Source: a virus
Virus record (IMG/VR): IMGVR_UViG_3300009593_000010
Coordinates: 65,559-129,558 of that record
Strand: one strand, 5' to 3'
Length of the DNA: 64,000 bases
Position numbers and translations under genes: made by a program. The first letter of the stretch is position 1. Every line of letters begins with the position of its first letter. The notes beneath the pieces are model-generated. The model was not told the DNA's origin. It did no database searches and worked only from the letters and a program-made list of their open reading frames with translations. Of this stretch, positions 20,267 to 28,640 are shown in pieces.

Positions 20267-20395
20267 GTGGAAACATTAATAAACATTTTAGACATACCAT
20301 TTACCCTCTTTCAATGGGGATTTAATATTGGTATATGGGCGGGTCTCATCTTTTATGTATGGACAGAGATTCAAGATTATTTAGAAAATAGGTAA
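20267..20395 (+). CDS. small membrane protein (42 aa, not in ORF track)
   Basis: GGAG SD and GTG start; METLINILDIPFTLFQWGFNIGIWAGLIFYVWTEIQDYLENR. Confidence 0.55.
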   Translation: METLINILDIPFTLFQWGFNIGIWAGLIFYVWTEIQDYLENR

Positions 20396-20400
20396 TATTT

Positions 20401-21105
20401 ATGATATATCTCAAGGGTATCAACTTAAAAAAAGCAAGAGAAGGTGTCCAGAGTATAATGAAATCTAAAAGTGATACTAATAGTATTGCTAAGATTGTAT
20501 TTGCATTTAATGGAAATTGTTTAGACAAAACCATTGATAAATGGACAGAGACACCTATGGGTCAAAGATACATGAATGGTGAAAGATTATGTGATCTATT
20601 CCCAGAAGGTAAAAATATGCCCAAAAAGTCATTGGGTTATGTACATTATGAATACCTAAACTACGACAAGATGGACGAGTTGAAGGTTAGAGTACCAATT
20701 AATAAAAATCTAATTACCAAAGATAAAGCTTTTGCAGATTGGAGTGTAGATTGTCATGACATAATGCACATCTTAACTGGATATGGTTCAGATGGTTTAG
20801 GTGAACTACTTAGAGCAGAGTACGAGATATCACAGAACTATATGCAAGGATGGAGATTAATTCTAACTGCATTCAAACTAAAGATGTTCTTTATAAACCC
20901 CTTAATGTTATATAGAATTAGACATATAATAAGAGAACCTAAAATTAGGGCCAAGAATTCTAACAACTTCCTCTTTCAAAATTGGTTTGATCTTCTCGAA
21001 GAAGATGTTGATTGGATACGAGCTAGGATATTAATGTTAGCCCCAACTGAGCATTATGAATTTCAACATCCTAGATTTGCACCTTTCATAGAATCACACT
21101 TCTGA
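20401..21105 (+). CDS. Coq4-like protein
   Basis: HDIMHILTGYGSDGLGE matches the Coq4 HDxxH(x)11E metal motif; SLGYVHYEYL upstream. Confidence 0.7.
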   Translation: MIYLKGINLKKAREGVQSIMKSKSDTNSIAKIVFAFNGNCLDKTIDKWTETPMGQRYMNGERLCDLFPEGKNMPKKSLGYVHYEYLNYDKMDELKVRVPINKNLITKDKAFADWSVDCHDIMHILTGYGSDGLGELLRAEYEISQNYMQGWRLILTAFKLKMFFINPLMLYRIRHIIREPKIRAKNSNNFLFQNWFDLLEEDVDWIRARILMLAPTEHYEFQHPRFAPFIESHF

Positions 21106-21183
21106 TAATCCAACAGCACGAGTGACCTTGTGCATCCTACCAGATTTCATAAGTCTATGAAATCTTTTACATAAATTTCTCAT
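21094..21183 (-). CDS. small basic peptide (29 aa, not in ORF track)
   Basis: MRNLCKRFHRLMKSGRMHKVTRAVGLSEV; preceded on the minus strand by TATATAATA. Confidence 0.45.
   Translation of the reverse strand: MRNLCKRFHRLMKSGRMHKVTRAVGLSEV
21142..21168 (+). terminator. rho-independent terminator
   Basis: AGATTTCATA-AGTC-TATGAAATCT 10-bp stem followed by TTT. Confidence 0.65.
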
Positions 21184-21201
21184 ACTATTATATATGACTT
21201 T

Positions 21202-21253
21202 GTGTCACACAAATGTCACATTTCCATTATCTCTCCATTCTCAGCATGTCACA
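21202..21253 (+). promoter_or_regulatory. Pho-box-like direct repeats
   Basis: TGTCACA at 21203, 21214 and 21247 (spacings 11 and 33 bp), immediately upstream of the -35 at 21259. Confidence 0.5.
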
Positions 21254-21258
21254 GTAAT

Positions 21259-21288
21259 TTGACTGTAGGGTACATTTTTTGATATAAT
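21259..21288 (+). promoter_or_regulatory. early-type promoter, 18-bp spacer class (tRNA-Asp)
   Basis: TTGACT-GTAGGGTACATTTTTTGA-TATAAT. Confidence 0.75.
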
Positions 21289-21315
21289 GTATCTAATGTG
21301 CAATGCAAAAATATC

Positions 21316-21392
21316 GGTCTGGTAGTTCAATTGGTTAGAATACTGCCCTGTCACGGCAGTGGTTGTGGGTTCGAGTCCCATCCAGATCGCCA
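21316..21392 (+). tRNA. trnD: tRNA-Asp(GTC)
   Basis: Cloverleaf: GGTCTGG/CCAGATC acceptor, CTGCC-CTGTCAC-GGCAG anticodon arm, TTCGAGT T loop, encoded CCA. Confidence 0.96.
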
Positions 21393-21400
21393 CATTCTTA

Positions 21401-21430
21401 TTGACTGTAGGGTACATAAAATTGTATAAT
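21401..21430 (+). promoter_or_regulatory. early-type promoter, 18-bp spacer class
   Basis: TTGACT-GTAGGGTACATAAAATTG-TATAAT; ATG 6 nt downstream. Confidence 0.8.
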
Positions 21431-21436
21431 AGGTAC

Positions 21437-23896
21437 ATGAGAGAAAACATCCCAAATATGGTAAATAGGAATCAAAAAGACAATCTTGCAAGACTCCTTG
21501 CATCAGAAGATTTAGTCATTGAACACAAAAAATGTCCTACTGCATACTTTGAATTGAAGGCAAGGAAACTTGTTTGTCCAATTCTTAAAGACGATATGTC
21601 GTCTAATCTTTATGACTTGTTTATGGGTCATGAAGTTGGTCATGCATTAAATACTCCAGAAGAAGGATGGCATTCTGCAGCTTCTAAAAAAGGTGCAAAA
21701 TATAGAGGATACCTTAATGTCCTAGAGGATGTTAGGATCGAAAAAGCAATCAAAGAAAAATATGCTGGACTTCGTAGATGTTTCTACGATGCATATAAAG
21801 AATTACATCATGATCTTGACTTCTTTGGAGTCAAAAAAATGAATGTAAATAAACTTGCATTTATCGATAGAATCAATCTTTATTTTAAAGTTGGTCACTC
21901 CTTAATGGTAGATTTCTCTCCAACAGAATTAAAAATAATCAACACTATAGCAACCAAAATGGATACTTGGGAAAAAGTTGTGATCATGGCAGATCACTTG
22001 TTTGAACTTTCCAAGTTAGAAGATGTTGAGCCTCAAGAACAACCAAACCCAATGCAAGTTCCACAATTTGACGATGAAGATGGTACTCCAGAATCAGACG
22101 ATGAATCTGAGTCTATGCCAATGGGTGGTGATGATGAAGAAAATGAAGAAGGTGAAGATGGTGAATCTTCATCTGGTAATGAACCTTCGGATGAAGATGC
22201 TGAAGGAGAATCAGATAGTTCAGAATCTTCGGATGAAAAAGATGAAGATGATAACACCACTGATGGTGAGGGTACTGAAAAATCAGATGAAGATGAACAA
22301 GTTGAATCATCTAAAGAAGGTGGTCAAGATGGTGGTGAGGCAAATGAGTCTATCACTGATAAGAATTCAAGAGAAAATGAGAAGGATTTCCTTCATGAAG
22401 ATAATGATACTACTTACGGCACTGATAACGAATACTACGAGTTAAATACTTCCAATTGGAAATTTCAAGATCATAAAGTTGGGTACAAACAAATCTTTGC
22501 AGATTTTGATAATTACTGGAATACTAATACTTATACAAATGAACAATACGATTCAGAGACAGACTCTTATGTAAGTGTAGGTCTTAACGATACTACTGAT
22601 GCAGAAAGATATGTTAATGAGTTTATGTCTCATAACCAAAAGATTGTCAATTACATGGCAAAAGAATTTGATATGAGAAAAGCTGCAGCAATGTACAAAA
22701 GATCAAGGTCTGCCAAGTCTGGTGAGATCGATATGAGTAAAATCCAAAACTACTTAATTAAAGATGATATCTTTAAAAGAGTTAACATCGTTCCAGATGG
22801 TAAAAATCATGGTATGATCATGTTGCTTGACTGGTCTGGATCAATGAGTGATTGCATTAAAGAAACAGTTGAACAATGTGTGATCCTTGCAATGTTTTGC
22901 AGAAGAGTTGGTATTCCTCATAGAGTTTATGCATTCAGTGATGCATACAACAAAAGAAATGGTAAAAGATTTCTTGGTCAAAAAATTTGGAATGAAGATG
23001 ATCAAAAATTAGAAGGTGAAGAAAGAACTGCCCAAAGTGATTTTCGTCATGAAGAAGCAAGAGCAGAAGTTAAAGCTGTTATTGAAAGAGGTGATGCTTA
23101 TGTTGGTAAAACAAGATTATTAGAATTCTTCTCAGACAAAATGAATAATAACGATTTCAAAAAAATGTTAGTCAATGTTTTCTGTGCAGTCGAATCAATG
23201 AATTATAGCAGAAGAAAAGGTGAGTTTGCAAATCCAATGTCTTATGCTCCAGATAACTACAGACTCGGTGGAACACCACTTGATGAAAGTTTACTGATAA
23301 TGAGAGATTACATTGTAGATTTCAAAATAAACTACAACCTTGATAAACTTCAATTCGTGACTCTTACAGATGGATCAAGTTTTGATGCTAATGGACTGAA
23401 CTACAAACATGGTAATTCAAAATTCCACGATAGAAAAGCAAGAAAAACTTACGAATACAATTCAAGATATGGTAGAAGGTATGGTGCCCTTAAAGGTTCT
23501 GGAACTGATACTTTACTTAACTGGATAGAAGATACCACTGGTGTTGATACAGTTGGGTTCTTTATTTGTGGTCAAGGGTACAGAGACTTTGATAGTGCTT
23601 GTAATCAGTTTTCAAAAATGGACTTGGATTACAGTGAAGAGTACGAAAGAAACCAAGAAGGTCATAAAATCTTCAAAAAAGAAGGTGGATACAAATTAGA
23701 ATGTGGGCCATTGTCTGGATACAAAGAGTTCTATCTTTTAAACAAAAAGAAAATGCAGATCGATACTGATGCAGACAACCTCAATGTAGAAGAGGGTGCA
23801 TCTAAACAAAAACTTAAAGGTGCAATGCTGAGAATGGGTAAAAACAAACTTGCTCAAAGAAAAATCCTTCAACACTTCATTAAGAAGGTTGCTTGA
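21437..23896 (+). CDS. metallopeptidase-like + vWA domain protein (CobT-like)
   Basis: HEVGH and NVLEDVRIE near N-terminus, acidic linker, LLDWSGSM MIDAS, GGTP, LTDG. Start moved from 21359, which lies inside the tRNA. Confidence 0.85.
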   Translation: MRENIPNMVNRNQKDNLARLLASEDLVIEHKKCPTAYFELKARKLVCPILKDDMSSNLYDLFMGHEVGHALNTPEEGWHSAASKKGAKYRGYLNVLEDVRIEKAIKEKYAGLRRCFYDAYKELHHDLDFFGVKKMNVNKLAFIDRINLYFKVGHSLMVDFSPTELKIINTIATKMDTWEKVVIMADHLFELSKLEDVEPQEQPNPMQVPQFDDEDGTPESDDESESMPMGGDDEENEEGEDGESSSGNEPSDEDAEGESDSSESSDEKDEDDNTTDGEGTEKSDEDEQVESSKEGGQDGGEANESITDKNSRENEKDFLHEDNDTTYGTDNEYYELNTSNWKFQDHKVGYKQIFADFDNYWNTNTYTNEQYDSETDSYVSVGLNDTTDAERYVNEFMSHNQKIVNYMAKEFDMRKAAAMYKRSRSAKSGEIDMSKIQNYLIKDDIFKRVNIVPDGKNHGMIMLLDWSGSMSDCIKETVEQCVILAMFCRRVGIPHRVYAFSDAYNKRNGKRFLGQKIWNEDDQKLEGEERTAQSDFRHEEARAEVKAVIERGDAYVGKTRLLEFFSDKMNNNDFKKMLVNVFCAVESMNYSRRKGEFANPMSYAPDNYRLGGTPLDESLLIMRDYIVDFKINYNLDKLQFVTLTDGSSFDANGLNYKHGNSKFHDRKARKTYEYNSRYGRRYGALKGSGTDTLLNWIEDTTGVDTVGFFICGQGYRDFDSACNQFSKMDLDYSEEYERNQEGHKIFKKEGGYKLECGPLSGYKEFYLLNKKKMQIDTDADNLNVEEGASKQKLKGAMLRMGKNKLAQRKILQHFIKKVA

Positions 23897-23897
23897 T

Positions 23898-23927
23898 TTG
23901 ACTGTAGGGTACATAAAAGTGTATAAT
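23898..23927 (+). promoter_or_regulatory. early-type promoter, 18-bp spacer class
   Basis: TTGACT-GTAGGGTACATAAAAGTG-TATAAT. Confidence 0.8.
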
Positions 23928-23962
23928 AGAAACATGAAAGATTATTTAAAAAAAGGAGAACT

Positions 23963-25156
23963 ATGAATTTAAATGCAAATCATTATAGGTTCTTAGATGC
24001 TTGTGCAGAACAAATGCCCGGCACTACGGAATTTAGTAAATCAACAGTGAGGAAAGTATGTGATACTGCTGGTATCCCATTCCCATCATGGTTGATTAGA
24101 AAACCCCAGTTTAAAGCTGGTTATGGTACTTACTCGATTGAGAGTATTGTTTCGGCGGGTTATACCTCAACTCCAGCAGTTGCAAATGCAACTCCAACAA
24201 CACCAAGTGTTGATGTGGTTCCTGTTCCACAGGCCCCAGTTGGGTTTAATGTTTTGGATGATAATATTAATATTATTCCTTCAAAGATTCCTAATTATGT
24301 CCCTTTTGGACATTTTAACGATTTAAAGAAAATCCTAAAATCTGGAATTTTCTTCCCAGTTTTCATAACTGGACTTTCTGGAAACGGAAAAACTTTAATG
24401 GTTGAACAATTATGTGCTCAAATCAGACGAGAACTTTTCAGAGTTAACTTTACAGAAGAAACTTGTGAAGATGATTTGATTGGTTCCAACACTTTGGTGA
24501 ATGGAAACATCATGTTTAGAGAAGGCCCAGTCCTTAAAGCAATGAGGAAAGGTGCTGTTCTTCTTCTTGATGAAGTCGATCTTGGTTCTAACAAGATCAT
24601 GTGCTTACAATCCATCTTGGAAGGTAAAGGATACTTAATCAAAAAGACTGGTGAAATGGTCGAACCTGCTGAGGGTTTCACAATTTGTGCAACTGCAAAT
24701 ACAAAAGGTAAAGGTTCTGAGGATGGAAGGTTCATAGGAACCAACATCTTGAATGAAGCATTCCTTGAAAGGTTTGCAATCACTTTGGAACAAGAATATC
24801 CACCAGTGAGAACTGAACAAAAAATTGTCAAGAAAGAATTTGAACTTCTGGATTGTGTGGATGATGAATTTGCAGAGAACCTAGTTAACTGGGCTGATGT
24901 AATCAGAAAATCCTTCTACGAAGGTGCAGTTGATGAAGTGATCTCAACTAGAAGACTGGTTCACATTGCAAAAGCATTCTCAATGTTCAATGACAAAATC
25001 AAAAGTATTGAGGTTTGTCTTAACAGATTTGATGATGATACTAAATCATCATTCGTTGATCTCTACACCAAAGTTGACGCTGGGGTGTTAGGATCGGATG
25101 AATCAGAGTTTGCCACTGATAATGTGGAAGGTGAAACAGACGATGACATTATCTAA
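23963..25156 (+). CDS. MoxR/CobS-like AAA+ ATPase
   Basis: GLSGNGKT Walker A, LLLDEVD Walker B, ATANTKG, LNEAFLERF, ISTRRL. Confidence 0.9.
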   Translation: MNLNANHYRFLDACAEQMPGTTEFSKSTVRKVCDTAGIPFPSWLIRKPQFKAGYGTYSIESIVSAGYTSTPAVANATPTTPSVDVVPVPQAPVGFNVLDDNINIIPSKIPNYVPFGHFNDLKKILKSGIFFPVFITGLSGNGKTLMVEQLCAQIRRELFRVNFTEETCEDDLIGSNTLVNGNIMFREGPVLKAMRKGAVLLLDEVDLGSNKIMCLQSILEGKGYLIKKTGEMVEPAEGFTICATANTKGKGSEDGRFIGTNILNEAFLERFAITLEQEYPPVRTEQKIVKKEFELLDCVDDEFAENLVNWADVIRKSFYEGAVDEVISTRRLVHIAKAFSMFNDKIKSIEVCLNRFDDDTKSSFVDLYTKVDAGVLGSDESEFATDNVEGETDDDII

Positions 25157-25346
25157 TAAGAGTTTCTCTCCTTCGGATTTGAACCAACTCTCTATAAAAG
25201 AGTTGGTCAAATTCGTTTATGGTGACGAAAAGGGATGGAAGTTTGCTGGTGATATAGCAACTTCTCAATATGGAATAGAGATTAATCGAACAAGATTAAT
25301 CACAAGTGCAGTGGAAAAAATCAATAATCCATATGCTAAGGATTGA
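25143..25346 (+). CDS. hypothetical protein
   Basis: In-frame ATG with AGGTG SD overlapping the AAA gene end. Confidence 0.5.
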   Translation: MTLSNKSFSPSDLNQLSIKELVKFVYGDEKGWKFAGDIATSQYGIEINRTRLITSAVEKINNPYAKD

Positions 25347-25351
25347 AGTTT

Positions 25352-25435
25352 ATGAAACATGAACAAGAATTAAAATATCTAGTCCTGTTTATTTTAGGAT
25401 TTTGCATCGGATACTGGTGCGGAATTAATATATGA
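25352..25435 (+). CDS. small hydrophobic peptide (27 aa, not in ORF track)
   Basis: MKHEQELKYLVLFILGFCIGYWCGINI; ATGA coupling to next gene. Confidence 0.4.
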   Translation: MKHEQELKYLVLFILGFCIGYWCGINI

Positions 25436-25686
25436 TGACAGAGTATTCAGATCGAGTTAGAAGGCATGCAGAAAGAATGGAAGCCGAAGAGTGGGGTAAA
25501 AAGGTAAAGTACCTTCTTGCTCAAAATGGACAGATCATTATTGAATTTAACAATGGTGATAAAAGAATTGAGAATACCAAGACTGGAGTACAGACTTGGG
25601 AAAGATCAGAAATATCAAGAGAATCTTTAATTGATAAGTTCGGAAGGATTATGACTGATATGAGTTCTGGAAAAAAAGATGATTAA
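25432..25686 (+). CDS. hypothetical protein
   Basis: ORF track; normal codon usage. Confidence 0.6.
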   Translation: MMTEYSDRVRRHAERMEAEEWGKKVKYLLAQNGQIIIEFNNGDKRIENTKTGVQTWERSEISRESLIDKFGRIMTDMSSGKKDD

Positions 25687-25691
25687 TAATA

Positions 25692-25787
25692 GGGGCTACG
25701 GCTCGGGTATGGGACAGGGAAACGAGAACAACAAGGTGGACACTTTTATATCAGCACTTGTGTTGAAACTGCTTTCCCATCCCACCA
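25692..25787 (+). ncRNA. candidate structured RNA with ACCA 3' end
   Basis: cUACGg hairpin, then a long stem GGGtATGGGA/TCCCATCCC and CAACAAGGTG/CACTTGTGTTG ending in ACCA. Confidence 0.35.
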
Positions 25788-25797
25788 GTTTTGAATT

Positions 25798-26100
25798 ATG
25801 AAACAGATAGAAATGAATTTAGGAAAAAAGAAACCAGTAAGTGGTGGAATTGATAAGATGGAATTTGCAATTGCTATTGATGCAAGTGGTCAAGGTACAT
25901 ACAATCTCTTAGGAACATATGAAGAGATCGAATTTTACTGTGACTCCAACAATCTTTGGGTGGATAGGTATTTAGATTATGTTGCCCCATCCACTGTAAG
26001 ACAAGGTTTTAATTATGTGGGGTCTGGAAAGAATCCATATGAATTGCAAAGAGGGTTTAATTATAATACCCACGAACCAATAGTAGACAACAGTTTTTAA
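25798..26100 (+). CDS. hypothetical protein
   Basis: ORF track. Confidence 0.6.
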   Translation: MKQIEMNLGKKKPVSGGIDKMEFAIAIDASGQGTYNLLGTYEEIEFYCDSNNLWVDRYLDYVAPSTVRQGFNYVGSGKNPYELQRGFNYNTHEPIVDNSF

Positions 26101-26126
26101 CATACCATGCAGATAAGGAAAATAAC

Positions 26127-26258
26127 ATGGAAAACATTGAAATGGAACATCAAGAACATCGTAATCGCTTTAATAGGAAAAAGGTCGATGATCAGAAGAA
26201 GGTGATTGAAGACCAGATCGAAAGGATTATGGAACTTTTATACAAGAAAGATGAATAG
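26127..26258 (+). CDS. small hypothetical protein (43 aa, not in ORF track)
   Basis: AAGGA SD; MENIEMEHQEHRNRFNRKKVDDQKKVIEDQIERIMELLYKKDE. Confidence 0.5.
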   Translation: MENIEMEHQEHRNRFNRKKVDDQKKVIEDQIERIMELLYKKDE

Positions 26259-27510
26259 TAAACCAGAAGCTTATCTTTATTTAATAACAATTACATTTTT
26301 AGATGGATTGATAAAATATTATTTGGGATGGCACAAATTAGATAGAGGACTCTATGATGATGGATACTTACATTCCTCAAAAGATAAAGAATTAATAAAA
26401 GATTTCACTAACCCAGACAATGAGGTTACAAGAAAAATAATTGCAGAAGGTACAGAAGAAGATATGGCATATATGGAATATTCCAGACTTCAAAAGGCCG
26501 ATGCAATAAGGAATCCACTTTGGTACAACAAGTCTCATGGTGGTGGGGTTAATTTAAAAAAACATGGGAATATAAAAATGATAGATGAACTATGGGAAGA
26601 TATAAAGGCTAAGAAGTATTTACAGGATACTCAAAGAGATATGGACGATATACTTAAATGTAGAAGATGGCAAACTAGGTTAACACCTCTCATTCCATCA
26701 CATGTTCAAGTTATCAATGATAAAATCGTTGCCCTAAACTACAACATGTCTACATGGGAACCAATAATTTTCCTTAAAGATTTTGACGGGCCAGGTAAAG
26801 ATTTGCTTTATCAAGGATGTCATACAACAGCAGCTGCAGAGAAAACAAAAAGAGTAGGCTCAATTCCTCAGCAACTAATTCCAAAAAAAGTTTGGAGTAA
26901 ACTAAGTGAGATGGAATTAAAAACTCTTTGTAAAAGATTAAATCCACAAATTGAAAAACCATCAGAACCAACATCACCAGATGAGGCTGCACAATGGATG
27001 GCAGACAACTGGGAAAAGAATGGTGTTTCTGTAGAAGCAGAATCAAACTTTGTTGAATTAGAAAAATGGGGATTTGAAAGATATACTATCAAAAGGTCTT
27101 TGATTCCAAAAGCAGAGAAACTAATTGCAAAATTAAGAGCAATCCCATCAGACCATATCCAAATTGATTATACTTCTGGAACAGATAAGAAACATTTAGA
27201 TGGGTTGGTTGCTGATGCAAAACGAGGAAAAACACACTCTATGGCATTTTCTTCTTCATGGTTTAAGATGGATGAAGTTTTAGCCTTCCTTCTTAGAAAT
27301 AAAAAGAAAAAGCAGAAAGATAGAATGAACTTTATTAAATTTTATATACACCATACTGATGCTATAAACAAATCAAAATGGCAAAAAGAGTATGGTGCTA
27401 AAATTCATGAAGAATTAACAGAATTGAATGATTATGCAAAAGAAGAATACGCGGTTGAATTTGATATTGAAGAACTTGCATTCACAAGACCAAACCCTAT
27501 TAAAATTTAA
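26251..27510 (+). CDS. GIY-YIG domain protein with long C-terminal extension
   Basis: YLY...YYLGWH...GYLHSS...E...WYN pattern of GIY-YIG nucleases. Confidence 0.6.
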   Translation: MNSKPEAYLYLITITFLDGLIKYYLGWHKLDRGLYDDGYLHSSKDKELIKDFTNPDNEVTRKIIAEGTEEDMAYMEYSRLQKADAIRNPLWYNKSHGGGVNLKKHGNIKMIDELWEDIKAKKYLQDTQRDMDDILKCRRWQTRLTPLIPSHVQVINDKIVALNYNMSTWEPIIFLKDFDGPGKDLLYQGCHTTAAAEKTKRVGSIPQQLIPKKVWSKLSEMELKTLCKRLNPQIEKPSEPTSPDEAAQWMADNWEKNGVSVEAESNFVELEKWGFERYTIKRSLIPKAEKLIAKLRAIPSDHIQIDYTSGTDKKHLDGLVADAKRGKTHSMAFSSSWFKMDEVLAFLLRNKKKKQKDRMNFIKFYIHHTDAINKSKWQKEYGAKIHEELTELNDYAKEEYAVEFDIEELAFTRPNPIKI

Positions 27511-27511
27511 C

Positions 27512-27539
27512 TTGACAGATAAGGAATCTGTAGTATACT
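27512..27539 (+). promoter_or_regulatory. sigma70-type promoter, 16-bp spacer class
   Basis: TTGACA-GATAAGGAATCTGTAG-TATACT; ACAGA-N7-TCTGT. Confidence 0.7.
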
Positions 27540-27546
27540 GAATAGT

Positions 27547-27846
27547 ATGAATATAGAAATTAACTATAAATTTAATGAAGACAACCTTTTGGGTGAAATT
27601 AAAGATTATGTCGATGAAACTTATTCCCAACATTATGGTGGTGGTAAGTATCAAGCAACAGATATGATTCTTGATTCTGGACATGGGGAAGGCTTTGCAA
27701 TCGGTAACATTATGAAGTACGCAATGAGGTATGGAAAAAAGGGTGGGAAGAATCGTCAAGATATTTTGAAGGTTGTTCACTATGCTTTGATCGCATTGCA
27801 TAACCACGATGAAACTATAAATGAGGTAAATCATGAATCTAAGTAG
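27547..27846 (+). CDS. DUF3310-like protein
   Basis: HY...Q..D.I...GFAIGNIMKYAMRYGKKGG...DILK..HY. Confidence 0.8.
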   Translation: MNIEINYKFNEDNLLGEIKDYVDETYSQHYGGGKYQATDMILDSGHGEGFAIGNIMKYAMRYGKKGGKNRQDILKVVHYALIALHNHDETINEVNHESK

Positions 27847-28498
27847 TGAAACTATTAACCTTTTACAAAACTTCGGTAGTATCAATTCTGGTATTACAGT
27901 AAAAGTTGGGAATGAATTGAAAACAATTAGTCCCATGAAGAATATATTTGGTAAGGCAACTATTGCTGAAGACTTTGATCGAGAGTTTTCAATTTATGAC
28001 TTATCAGAATTTTTAGCAACCATATCATTATTTGATACACCAACTTTCGATTTTGGTGACACTTCTGTGACTTTGAGTGGAGACTCTTCAAAAGCAGTTT
28101 ATAATTATGCTGATTCAGCAATGATAATTTCTCCAGAGAAAGATATCACTATGCCAAATCCAGAAATTATATTTGAACTTGATAAAGAAACTCTTACAAA
28201 AATGGTCAAAAGTTCTGCCGTACTATCTCTTCCAGACTTAGTGTTAGAATCTGATGGAACAGATGTAACCTTAACAGTTAAAGATCGTAAAAACTCTTCA
28301 ACTAATAAGTATGGAGTTAGAGTTGCTGATGGAGATAACAGTGTATATTCAATGAATTTTAAGATAGAGAATCTTAAAGTTGTATCAGACGATTATACAG
28401 TTTATGTATCATCTAAAGGTATCTCACACTTTGTTGCAGTCAACAAGGGTGTTGAATACTTTATTGCTTTGGAACCAGATTCAAAGTATGGTGTCTAA
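27833..28498 (+). CDS. gp45: sliding clamp
   Basis: LSSETINLLQNFGSINSGI, FSIYDLSEFL, YFIALEPDS. Confidence 0.95.
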   Translation: MNLSSETINLLQNFGSINSGITVKVGNELKTISPMKNIFGKATIAEDFDREFSIYDLSEFLATISLFDTPTFDFGDTSVTLSGDSSKAVYNYADSAMIISPEKDITMPNPEIIFELDKETLTKMVKSSAVLSLPDLVLESDGTDVTLTVKDRKNSSTNKYGVRVADGDNSVYSMNFKIENLKVVSDDYTVYVSSKGISHFVAVNKGVEYFIALEPDSKYGV

Positions 28499-28502
28499 GT
28501 CA

Positions 28503-28640
28503 TATAAATATGACTGTAGATACTAAGACATTGGTATTAAGGGATTTGCAATCAACTCTCATATCTAGGGATTGCATTCGTGCCTGAAAGGTGGGTTTCA
28601 GACATTTTACTAATAATGGAGTCGTAAAGACTAGGAAATT
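28503..28640 (+). ncRNA. late promoter plus multi-hairpin leader between gp45 and gp44
   Basis: TATAAATA at 28503, then stems ATACTAA/TTGGTAT, TGCAATC/GATTGCA, CTGAAA/TTTCAG, AGTC/GACT. Confidence 0.35.

Noticed and set aside
21193-21220. CRP (cAMP receptor) site that would link to the phage cyclase
   Set aside because: The best match is TATGA-N7-TCACA, not TGTGA-N6-TCACA; the 11-bp direct-repeat reading fits better.
21359-21436. N-terminal extension of the vWA protein in the ORF track
   Set aside because: It overlaps tRNA-Asp and the promoter; ATG 21437 is the plausible start.
22020-22400. Mobile or tandem repeat element in the acidic stretch of the vWA gene
   Set aside because: It is a low-complexity Asp/Glu/Ser linker without exact repeat units.
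21437-25156. Cobalamin biosynthesis (cobS/cobT) function
   Set aside because: Only the generic MoxR/vWA architecture is evident; there is no cobN or other cob gene in the window.
25692-25787. tmRNA, SRP RNA or true tRNA
   Set aside because: GGGGCT start and ACCA end are suggestive, but it is too short for tmRNA and lacks a T-loop and the SRP CAGG/AGCAG internal loop.
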